64,000 nucleotides of DNA from the human T2T-CHM13v2.0 reference genome, Homo sapiens. This document shows, in pieces, positions 1 to 11,475 of the stretch. The translations under genes were made by a program, and so were the position numbers. The DNA is taken from the NCBI RefSeq assembly GCF_009914755.1, contig NC_060932.1; one strand, 5' to 3'. The notes under the pieces are model-generated. The model was not told the origin of the DNA, ran no database searches, and saw nothing but the letters and a program-made list of their open reading frames with translations. The first letter of the stretch is position 1, and each line of letters opens with the position of its first letter.

Positions 1-149
1 CCTATATTTTATTGAGAATACATATAGTAAGACTCAAAAACCTCCACTCTCTATATAAATCTCTCCATTTAATTTTATTCCAATTAGTAATATGAGTAGA
101 CTGTACAATAATAAATAGGACTTGTGGGAGCTTAAATACTCATCATCAA

Positions 150-245
150 TTTTAATTTTCTTGCTATCAGAAATATCTTTCAAGTTGAAAACAACCAGTT
201 TCCAAACAACCTTTTAGAACAGAGAAAATATGAAGTCTGCCTATA
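150..245. mobile_element. Possible Tigger15-like DNA transposon end fragment
   Basis: ttcaagttgaaaacaaccagtttccaaacaaccttttagaac...ctgcctata resembles the remembered Tigger15a terminus; very diverged. Confidence 0.3.
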
Positions 246-1699
246 ATGAAGTCTGAATTTATAGTATAGAATAAATATAGCTTTTTACATTTCCTTTGCT
301 CACTTTTATAGACAAAGCAGTGTAAAGATTAATTTACAGACTCATGTTTCTCTGGAAGGTCTTGATTAAAAAAAAATCTTAAGTCCCCTAAAGCCCAGTT
401 TAAAAAATGGTTTAGCCTGTACAATAATTTGATTCAATTAGTAATGATTTGGCAGATCCAAAAGAAAAGTCATTTATTTGTTATTCACCAAATGATGATA
501 AAGTATTGTAATTTCCTAAATATTGTCAGCAGCTATGCACACACATAATGTAGACAATGTTCTTGTGGTAAGAAAGTTTTAGATTATTAAAGAATGTGGA
601 AAATCTTAGAGTCACCTTTGTTACCTTTAGAAATAATTGCAGAGAATTCTGAATAGAAATCTAATTGCGGGAGTTGAAGATATTCTTAACATTTCTTTCA
701 ATTAGGAACCCTGCCCTAGTTGTTTTTCAGTAAAGAATAGCAAAGCCATATTATTTAAAGTGTCGTATATTCATTGGTAATGACAAATGCTCAGCAACTT
801 GTCTGAGACCTGAAGGTTGCCTAGCATGGCAAGCACAGCCCTATTTTACTTGCTAGACTCAATTAAAATCTAGGTCTCCTGAGCAGTTTCTAGGTAGAGA
901 CCCAATCAGATGATTAGTTCACATTCTAATGACAAAAAACATTGCTGGAGACATTTAATTTTCAGCACCAGAGGCTTTCTTGATAAAAGCTTTAAAAAAT
1001 AGCTAGAAAATCTTATTTTAAAAATGAGAAAAAGCATCACTGCCTGATAATATAAAGGAACAATCACTGAAAGGAGAAGAAAATAAGGATTGTTGTCATC
1101 GTTTGACAATACATTTTAAGGGTTACTTGGTACAATAAGAATTGCTCGTACACTCAGAAGAGTGACAGCATGGTGGAACTGAGATTATTAGACCAAATTA
1201 TACTTAGTCTTTCAGCTTTTATTTTTAGAGACATATCTGCATGTTTATTATCGAAAGTGTAACATTTTTACCAAGGCTTGCTCCCATGATGTTGAATCAG
1301 AAAGAGCAAATATTTTAATCATTCTCTAAAGGATGTTTAAAATCTTGTTATAAAAACAATGATTCAAGGAACAAGTCTCACCCCTTAATTTTAAAACTAT
1401 TTTAAAAATATTAAGCCCAAACCATTATGGTATAAGCCATGAGTGGCTGGATTTCAATGCTCTTTACCATGGAGCACGCAGAGATTTTACTTATAGCACT
1501 GCAGCTTTTGTCCACTTTAGTTCTCCATGGAATTAATGGTCTAAGAAAAATATATTAACACACACCCCAAAATAACATATTATTTTCTCAGTGAGTTCGA
1601 TTATATTTTCTCAAGAGGATTGCATAAAATGTACTATGAAGAGCCATAAAAACATAACTGGAAAAACATACAAATTACTCTCCTGGCACTCCTGGAATC

Positions 1700-2920
1700 A
1701 GTCCTACCTCTCTCTGTTCTTTTGCAACCAAGCTTTCTTTTAAAAATTATGCTAATTTTTCTTTTTCAAACCCAGTTACTCCTTTCTTTTCCAATCCAAC
1801 ATCTGTTCTCCTACTTACACTGTTCTCATTTTGGTCACCAGTAGCCTCCAAATAGCTAGAGCCAAAGGACATTTATATACCCTGATTTTGCTATATCTCT
1901 GTAGGTTTTGACAATGTTGATAACTTGCCACCACTTAACATTTTCTTCTCCCTTAGCTAATGTGACAAAATTCATTCTCATTATGAAAGTCTGTGTTTAA
2001 ATATCATCTCCTAGCCTACGAGGATTTCTCTGACTACCCAATTTAAAATAGCCTCACTCTAGACACTTAAACTGCTTTATTTTCTTCTCATTACCCATCA
2101 CTAACTGAAATTCCACTGTGTATTCATTTGTCTCCTTGATTTTTGTTCATACCCACTTTATATTCTAAGCTTCATGAGTGCAGGTACTTCTTCACTGCTG
2201 AACCCTCAGCAACTATAACAGTGCCTGGAACACACAAGAAAAGATTCTCAGTAAGCAATCACTGATGATCTGAATGAATGAATACTAGGTCTCAGACCTT
2301 TAAAGCTAAGTAGCTATTTTCACTTAGATTTTTCACAAGTACCTCAAACTTAAGTTTTTAAACCTTAATTAATTTTCTTTCTTCCCCAACATGATTTTAA
2401 ATGCTACCTATAAATCTAAATTACTTCATTTCACCACTCCTTCACTGAAAAAAAAAAGAAAACATGTTTTTAGGATATGATTATAATTCCCTTGAATAGA
2501 TTTCCTCCTATTTTATTTCTGTTGCTTCTCTCTTAGCCCAGGTGCTTCTACCTACTGCAATAGACTTCTAATTAGTTTATTGTTCTCATGTTTTTACCGT
2601 TTTCAATCTAGCCTCTACATTTTTGCATGAACTTTCAAAAATTTGAACCTACTCATTTTAATCCTTAAGTTGATTATGTTTCAATATTTCACTGAAATTT
2701 CCACAATAAAGCAGCACTTCTTTTTTTCTCAGCTCTATGAGGCTATTTGTGACCTCCATTATTACACCTTATCATTCCCCTCTGAGTTTTCTTTGTTTCT
2801 ATAAAGGTACCTACAGTAAACTAATTGCAATATGCTCTTTTATTACTCTCTGCCTACATATATGCTGTTCTCCCAAGTATAAATACTTCTTCTCATTCTT
2901 CTCTTCCAATTCTTCTAGCT
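1700..2920 (+). mobile_element. L2 LINE fragments, with an L2 3' end at ~1985-2283
   Basis: ggtcaccagtagcctcc...gccaaaggacattt...tttgacaatgttgat body similarity; 3' end acagtgcctggaacac...tgaatgaatgaat. Confidence 0.65.
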
Positions 2921-2924
2921 GTTG

Positions 2925-3060
2925 ATCACTTATTCTTTTAGTACATCGATTTTTGAGTCCCCTTTATATAACAGGCACTCTGTTAGGTACAGAGAATATA
3001 GCAATGGGAAAAAAGCCAGACATTGCCTTTGTTTTCCTGAAGCTTAAAGTGTGGTGAGGA
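2925..3060 (-). mobile_element. L2 3' end
   Basis: ttgagtccc...caggcactctgttaggtacagagaatatagcaatg...cattgccttt...gaagcttaaagt. Confidence 0.6.
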
Positions 3061-3394
3061 AAAAGGCTGTATGAAGAGACTGGGTCCAGAGCAAGGCACA
3101 GGCTCACATTGGGTCATTTTTTGAAATGGTTATGTATCATGTTATAATCAACTCAAGGAAGTTTCTATGTTACACTAAAACAACCCAATGGCACAAAAGA
3201 AAGATCATTAATTTAAACTGCTTGTGTTATTTGGTATGACAACAAAATTCATAAATATTTCTTTGTTTCTTTTAATTCAACTTCTATTTTCACTCCGCAA
3301 TGGCTTGTGTGGTTTTTCAATGCTTTATCACCAAGCAAAATCTTCCCTCTTGCCTTAGCCTGTGTACAGATCTCTGCTCTCTGACACTTGATAG

Positions 3395-3900
3395 GAGAGA
3401 GAGGGTAGACAATAATATTTGAAGAAATTATGGCTAAAAAGTTTCCAAATTTGATGACCTCTCTATTCCCTTACACCCAAGAAGCTCAATAAATTTCAAG
3501 TACAAGTGCAAGAAACATGAAGACAATTCTACCAACATACATGATATTCAAATTGCTCAAACGAGTAAAAAAGAAAAAATAATCATAATATTAGTTAGAG
3601 CAAAAAAAGATATGCTATATAAAAAGGAACTTGGATAAGAATGACAACATATTTCTTGCCAGTTACAATGTAAGTAAGAAGATAATTGAGCAGCATCTTT
3701 AAAGCACAAAGAAAAGGAAGAAGATAATAACCTAGGAAACTATACCTAGTGAAATTGGCTTTTAAAATAATAGCAAATGAGGACTTTTCCAGACATACAT
3801 GCAAAAGCTGAAGTAACTCATTACCAGCATAACTAATTACAATATAATAATTTCAGACTGTAGCTAAAAAGAGAAAGAAATATGGATCTTCACAAAGATA
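3395..3900 (+). mobile_element. Old L1M ORF1 fragment (continues ~4480-4670)
   Basis: aatatttgaagaaattatggctaaaaagtttccaaatttgatg...ccaagaagctcaa...tatacctagtgaaa, typical of L1M ORF1. Confidence 0.75.
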
Positions 3901-4003
3901 AATATTCTGATCTTAGTTCTTTTTTTAGATAGCATATCTATTTTATCAAATTTTTCTTGTAACAAATTGTAAGATTGCTTATTATTAGTTTAATTTATTT
4001 TTA

Positions 4004-4206
4004 TCCTTTCTTTCTTCCTTCCTTCCTTTCTTTCCTTCTTTCCTTCCTTTTCTTTCTTTCTTTTCTTTCTTTCTTTCCTTTCTTTTCTTTTCTTTTCTTT
4101 CTTTCTTTCTTTCTCTTTCTTTCTTTCTTTCTTTTTTTCTTCCCTCCCTCCCTCCCTCCTTCCCTGCCTGCCTGCCTGCCTTCTTCTTTTTTTTTTTTTT
4201 TTTTTT
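4004..4206. repeat. Compound (TTTC)n/(TTCC)n/(CCCT)n/(GCCT)n/poly-T tract, the expanded tail of the adjacent Alu
   Basis: Pure pyrimidine from 4004 to 4165, read directly. Confidence 0.95.
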
Positions 4207-4478
4207 AATCTCATTCTGTTACCCAGGCTGGAGTACAGTGCTATGATCATAGCTCACTGCAGCCTAAAACTCCTGTGTTGAAGTGATCCTCTTACCTCAG
4301 TCTCCAGAGTAGCTGAGACAGCAGACGTGTGCAACTACATTTGACTAATTTTTTTTTTGTAGATAATGCAGGTCTTTCTATGGTTCCCAGGCTGGTCTCA
4401 AACTCCAGTCTCAAAGGGTCCTCCCACCTTGGCCTTCCAATATGCCAAGGTTACAGGTATTAGCTACCACACTTGGCC
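4186..4478 (-). mobile_element. AluJ
   Basis: gatcatagctcactgcagcc...aagtgatcctcttacctcag (J-type diagnostics); highly diverged; ends cacacttggcc. Confidence 0.9.
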
Positions 4479-5229
4479 ACTTTATTTAAAAAACAATTGT
4501 TAAACAAAAATAATAATGTATTGAAGTGTTTATAACATATGTAAAAGTAAACTTCACTCAATTGGTCAGGGAGAAATAGAAGTATATTATTGTAAGTTTT
4601 TATAGCATATATATATAGAGAGAGAGCATATAATTCTCAATGTCAATTATAACTTAATAAAGCTGTTAAAAAATTCTGGATATCCAAAGTAGCACTTGAC
4701 GCCTATAATTTAAATATTCATACTGCCTAATGGAAAAGGTTGAAGATGAATAATTAACATGTATAACTTTATTACTCCCAGGACAAAAATCTATGGAATT
4801 GCAATAATAAAATGTAAACTTTCTGTCTGCTAAGATATTCCTAAAACTGGAGACTCTGTAGTATAATGTATCAAATATGTAATCAATTTAATATCAAATT
4901 TAATCCTATGAATTACTATTTATACGTCTTTAAAAAACATCATCTAGTTAAATTTGCCTTGTGATTTAGGGAGTTTAGTATCCTATTTTTGAAATGTAAA
5001 GAAATTTTAATTGGTGTAATGTGATAGCAAATATTGCTAATACTATAGATATAATATGTGCCAAACACCAACCTGAATACAGAAACATTTCTTTTTCTTC
5101 TGTAGCTCATGATGCAATTTAAATATGGGATTTACATTTAAATATCACTCTGCAGTGTTCAGAATAGGATTATTAGAATTGCAATATAGCAGAAGATCCT
5201 CGCCCCACCACTGTCAACTAACAGCCTAG

Positions 5230-5405
5230 TATTCCAGGTGAGAAGATGGTGATTTGGCAAGGGGAGCAGTAAAGCTTAAATGAAACAGATGAATATAGGA
5301 CATATGTCTGATGGAGAGCTAAAATGTACTAAGGAAATGGATGGAAAGAGTAGGGAATAACAATAAATCAAGAATGCTTCTTACGTTTTTGGGTTTAAGC
5401 AACTC
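5230..5405 (-). mobile_element. L2 fragment
   Basis: gtgagaagatggtgatttgg...aatcaagaatgcttcttacgtttttgggtttaagcaact. Confidence 0.5.
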
Positions 5406-7520
5406 TATAAACCTTGAGGCTACAAACCAGTTCTGTAAGAACCGACATGAAGGACAGAAAACAAGTATCTTAAATGTTGTTGTCTACCTCATGTTTATTA
5501 TGTAAATCACTTGTATGGTCTTCTTGACTGATATTTATCCAGCCTGGATTTGGAAACATGAGTGATAAAATTACCTTGTGAGATAAGGCACTCCTGATTT
5601 CAAATTAATGTTGAGGCATATCTGAGACAATTTATGTATTGTCCATTGTAGTTCTTAACTCAGTTCCTTGGGACACACTTATTCTTGATAATAAATTCAG
5701 TCAGATTCATTCTAATTTGTTTTGAAATTTAAGTAGTTTATAGATTTTTAAGTTTCTTGAAATCAGTGGACATTAGCCACCTTTTATCTTTTAAATGTTA
5801 CTTAGATAATATGAATATAGAAAATGACAATTTATAATTTTTAATTTTGATATTACTAACTCAAATGAATGAAAGCAATATCACAGTAGCTCACAAAACA
5901 ATATACTTCTACCTATGACTGAAAAATTTTATTTCAGCTGTGATCTATATTTATTTTACCAGTAGGTGCCAGTCTCAGCTCACAAAACTGAGACTCAAGC
6001 ACTTGCTTTTTGGTAAATTCCATTAGAGGGATTTTTGTCTTAAAAAAGTACAGAATAGCAGAGCTTTTTCTGTCAAGGCAAATGACTATTAATGGAATTT
6101 GAAAGCATAACACAATACAAGTTCCTGAGCAAGCATACAACTATAACAACTGGAAACAGGATTAATCACTCTTTCCAGATTTTTTATCTTGATATTAGAA
6201 TATACTGTACCCAAAAGAAAGGAGCAAGGAATAAAATGAAAGAAAAAATATAGGTGTCATTGAAATGATTTCATGGCTTACCTTATCTTCCCTCTTGTCT
6301 TTATTATTTTGATTTTTTTTAATGTGGAATAAACATAGATGATACATTAAAGCCAAAAGGAATGGATTTTTCTGTACTAAATTGTAATAGCCTGAAGTTC
6401 CTGAATCAGACATCGAGGGTCCCCAGTTGGCCACTGTCTGCATGTTGTGAGTTTTCTCTCACTGAAGCAAAATGTATTTGTGTCATCAAGATTTAGTACA
6501 GTGCTTAGATCATTGCTCTGTGAGCACCACAAATGTGCCCATTTTTAGCCCAGTCAGGTACTATCAACACTTAAGATAAAAAGGTACTTGTAATTATAAG
6601 TTGAAACACAGGTGTGAATTTAAAAGTATTTGTTAAATGGATTATTTAATAGATACTTGTATGGATTATTAATGCTTTGTATGCATGTCACAGTGTGTCA
6701 AACTTTTCTCTGCTCACTAACCTTGTAAAATTATATAGGTAAAAACTTAAGAGAGGACACAGAGTTTACAATCAAAGACCACAATAAGGGGCTTATTTGC
6801 TTCAGAAAATCCTAAAGCCATTTTGGATAGAATCTATATTTGGAAAACACACAAGGGGAACCCTCATACATGGAGGTATTAATTGTGTACATAAAAATAT
6901 TGCTGTTAGCAAATGCCTAAAAGTATACCTGCAGCTTGCCAAACTAGCTTTCCTTAAGAGATAAGGGGAATGGTAAAGCACTGGACTGGTAAATCATGAG
7001 GGTGGTACTTCCCTTCTACTGCATTTGAGGACTTGTGTGGATGTGCTGATTGCCCAGGGTGTGTATGCACAATGTGGAAATAACTCATCCTCATTAAATA
7101 AAATATCTCTACCCACAGGCACCTTACGTATGATGCAAAGAAGCAGCAGCTCAGATGGGAAAAGAGAATGTAAATTGATTTTCACATGCCAAATTCTCCT
7201 AGAAATTTTCTCTGCCCCTTATTTTTGCATTTGAGATATGGTAGAATTAAGAGAGAGAAACAAAACAAAACAAAAGCAAAACAAAAGCTTCCTGGTCTGG
7301 AAAAGTCACTAAAAGAACACTAAAATACATTGATATAGAGTACTAGTTACCTTAGAACCCCACTCTACCTCTGATTCTTTACATTTCTAGAGGAGGTTAT
7401 GCCTGCTATGCTTAGGGGAAAAGGCAGAAAAGATGTTCAAATGGAAAATAAAAACAAATAGCAAAAGTAAGGAAACTACCTACAAAATATTTGCAGTCAC
7501 TAACCTATTGTGTATTTTAG

Positions 7521-7613
7521 AAACAGAAATGTGTAGATTAAATGGTTACCACTAGGAGCATCATTGGTCCTGGAATCAGCTGGCTGACCACAGCCTCAAG
7601 TTGGCAGTTGAAG
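7521..7613 (+). other. Candidate non-coding exon (93 nt)
   Basis: Branch point CACTAAC 7498-7504, acceptor tgtattttag|A, donor AAG|gtaggt (alternative TAG|gtaaga 4 nt later); stops in all three frames. Confidence 0.3.
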
Positions 7614-7989
7614 GTAGGTAAGATTCTGAAACTGGATAATATGTTGCATGACAATCTTTAGAAGGACAAAGAATTTATTTTAATTTTCCTTCATTTTCAT
7701 TTTGATTTTTATCAATTTCAAATACTTTGTAGTCTTTGTTTTTCAGAAAATCACAAAAAGAATTGAAGACGTAGAAAGGAGACAAGTAAAGGAAAAATGT
7801 AGGTCATATTGAGGCAAGAAAATAAAATACATTTAATTTAAATACAATAACATATCTTCTTCCAATTCTATGGATATATGATGAGTGCTATCCAGATACA
7901 AGATATAAAGGTAAAAAGAAAACCAGTTCCAAAGTAGGCAAACATTATAGTTTTGGCATTACTGTAGTACACACTTTTCAACCTTTTCC

Positions 7990-8892
7990 CAATAGAATCT
8001 TCTTTCCACCATCACAGTCACCTATGTATAAATCACCAATATCTCTTGCCTGTACCACTGTTGTACCTTGCGGAGTGGCATTCTTGCTTCTACTCTTGAT
8101 TTTTCCAATGTGTTTTTCACACAGCTGAGTAAACGTGTAAATGGAAGGCAGGGCCTCTAATTAACAGCATGCATGAGCAGGCCCTGCTGACCTTACCATC
8201 CTCATTCCTAACCCCTTCCTCCACATACCTGCCCCACTCCACCACTGTTCCACCCAGTGTTCACTAAGGTAGGGTCCACTGAGGTGCTTTAGTTCCTTAG
8301 ATAATTCAAATTTTTGTTTTTCTTTAAGACCTATACACCTACTGTGTCTTTTACCTGGAATATTGTCTTTTCAGCTTTTGTGGCCATAGTCCACAATAAA
8401 AAATAAACTGCATACCATCATGCAGCATGTGTGGGTGCATATATGTGCGTGTGTAAAAACTGAAACTAGAGTTAACAAAACAGTGCTTATTCTTATCCTT
8501 ACCATATGTGACACCTCTGAATATTTTTTTAAATTTTTAATGGGTAGTAATGACTCACTTAATTGATTTTATAAGCCACTATTGTATTGAAACCTAGAGT
8601 AAAATTACATGTTAATTTTTACTTATAATATCACTAAGGCATTGACGTTCCTTAGGTTTCAAATTAAAGATTATAATCTATTCATGACCATTGCACCTGA
8701 CCGCCCAATCTAAAATGAGTCCTTCTATTGCTAGTCCACACTGAATCATAACATAAACATTTACTGTTTTACCTGTTACTGTGTTCCAACAGACTGTACA
8801 ATCTTTGCAGAAAGGGCTTGCAACTTCTGGTTTACTGTTTTGTATCCAGTGTCATGTATATAGCCTGACACATCGTATAGGTCATCGATAAC
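7990..8892 (+). mobile_element. L2, interrupted by a hAT element
   Basis: atcaccaatatctcttgcctg...ttgcttctactcttg; 3' end ttactgttttgtatccagtg...agcctgacacat. Confidence 0.6.
8385..8600. mobile_element. hAT-Charlie-type non-autonomous DNA transposon fragment
   Basis: aactgaaactagagttaacaaaacagtgcttatt...tgactcacttaattgatttt; related copy at ~52010-52225. Confidence 0.45.
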
Positions 8893-9070
8893 CTCTAACA
8901 GCTCCTCTCAGTGTATAGTGGTTACAAAAAGTCACTCCTGCTATCAGTTTTTGGAAATCAGTTGTGAGTAGAATTTTAGTTGTGCAGGTAAGCAGAAAAA
9001 AAATAAATCCACATTAAAAAACTAAAGGCAACAATTAAGACTCAAAATATTTTTATTTGGATAAAATTAT

Positions 9071-9418
9071 TGTATTAGTTTCCTGTGGAAACTGTAACAG
9101 ACTACCACAAACTGGGTGGTTTAAGATAACAGGAATTTATTCTCTTTTCTGGAAGCTAGAGTGTGAAATCTGTATCACTGAGCCAAGATCATGGTGTCAA
9201 AGGGTCATACTCCATCTGCAACTTCTAGAGAAAAATTCATCCCTAGTTTCTTCTAGCTTCTAGTGGCTACTGGCATTCTGTGACTTGTGGCTACATCTCT
9301 AAAATCTTTACCTTCGCCTTTATCCTTATGTTAGCTTATCTGTTTATATCAAATCTCCCTCTGCTGCCGTCTTGTAAGCTACATTGTGAATGCATTTTGG
9401 GCTTGCCTGGATAATTCA
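9071..9418 (-). mobile_element. MLT1 (B/C-like) MaLR LTR, partial
   Basis: tgtattagtttcctgtgg...taccacaaactgggtggtttaa...cttctagcttctagtggctactggcattc. Confidence 0.85.
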
Positions 9419-10099
9419 AAGTTGGGGAAACAGAGTAAAGACAAGAATCCCAGAGCAACAAGACAAGCCTCAATATTTAATAACTCTATTGAATCATAAA
9501 CATAAGCAAGTGAGTAGGATTTAGTGATAAGGGACTTAAAAGAACAATTTGAAGTTCTAGTATATATCATGGAGGGGGAATGAAATCAAACAGATCCCAA
9601 TAGTAATGATGCAGAGAGCATTTCTCCAGCTACTCTGGTTATCATCAGGGTGTTTTCAGATATTGCTCATAGTTTATGGGCCTGGGCCTTCAACACACAG
9701 AAGGTTTAATCTTGCTCAACAGAATAAATTTTAATATTTCTAAAATCTGTACATAAAAAACAAGAATAAGCAGTTTAAATATTTCTTTTATATAGGTAAT
9801 TTGCCACAGTATATGCTACCTGTAAAGCAGCATCATAATTTTAGTGCCTAGATTGGCTAAAACCAATATAGCAGTATCTGCTGTCCTTACAGAACTTTCT
9901 CTAGGTTTCTTTCACATTGTATGCACTGCTATGTCACTCATCTAAGGACTTAACAGTTTATTTTAAAGAAGTTAGGATATGATGGAATAAGAAAAAAAAA
10001 AACAGGAGCATCTATGACCCAAAATACTATTTCTAGCAAACTATAATTTTCCACTTAATATCCATTCTCTACTTGCTTAATGTAACATCTATTTTTATT

Positions 10100-10475
10100 T
10101 AGGCAGCAAGTGGGTGGTTAAATGACCACATTTCCAACATTTCCTATAGCTAGGAGTGACCTGTGACCAAATTCTAGCCAGTGAAATGCAAATAAAAGTG
10201 TCTTGGAGCATTTTGAGAAAGACATAGGAGCTGCATTTCAGTGAAATGGATTATCTTCTTTCTCTCTTCTGTATTCTTGCTATCTGTAATATGCGTATGA
10301 TTATGTAAACTACACGTTTCCTGGACTATATTGTACCCTTTGAAAAGAAATCCATGCAATCAAGATGATAAAGCAAAAATACTGAAGAGGTCTTTGCTTT
10401 ATGGGAGAAAAAAAATTGACTTTAAGCTACCATTGTTTTGACATTTTTGTTGCATATGGTTAAACCTAATCCTTT
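10100..10475 (+). mobile_element. Old MLT1 (I/J/K-like) MaLR LTR
   Basis: acatttccaacatttcctatagctaggagtgacctgtgaccaaattctagccagtgaaatg; end ...aaacctaatcct. Confidence 0.7.
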
Positions 10476-10596
10476 TCTATCTAAAACATTATTGTGTATC
10501 ATTAGCTGTTTAATTGTGTCATTGATAATATTTACTCAAAACTTCATTCTGTAGCAAAATGTCAGCATGCATAGGACTGCTACAAAGTTTATAGGA

Positions 10597-10968
<372 letters not shown>

Positions 10969-11059
10969 CTAAAGTAAAATTATTACATTTCTTAAGCATA
11001 AGACTATAAAATTCAAAATCACTATCTACTTTTTGAAGACCTTACACAGGTTTGATTTT

Positions 11060-11475
11060 ACTGCATTTGCAGTTCACAATTTTCCTTGGCCATTTTCTTT
11101 TTTCCAACTGCAAATGTAACTTTTATCATCTAAATCACCAGTTAGCAGTTAATCGTCAGTTTTGATGTCATGTTTCATGGCTAAATTGTAATAGTGTAGA
11201 AAGCTTTCTAATTAATGTGGCAAGATATTGGGGGATGTGCTTAACAATTTTGATTTCACATATCAGCTGCAAGTTACAGCTGATTTGGCTAAATACAATT
11301 TGTCCACATGAATATAAGAATAACTTTTACCTGTCATGCAAATTTATTTTTTTATGATAATTCCTTGATCTCTCATTTGATTATCAATCTATTTCAGCCT
11401 GTTACTAAAGCTCATAAATATGTCACTCAATCTAATTAATATGCATTTCTGTTCTAAGTGCATATTAATTGTATG
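11060..11475. promoter_or_regulatory. Candidate enhancer / conserved non-coding element
   Basis: No recognisable repeat; paired CAGCTG E-boxes, octamer ATGCAAAT 11336-11343, inverted POU/homeobox-like sites 11434-11470. Confidence 0.35.

Noticed and set aside
961-981. TTCAGCACC REST/RE1 left half-site (a right-half-like cggacagcatc occurs at ~33458)
   Set aside because: Each is only a half-site and they lie 32 kb apart; no full RE1 motif
3975-4250. F/S/L-rich and K/R/E-rich ORFs
   Set aside because: Translations of the simple-repeat Alu tail
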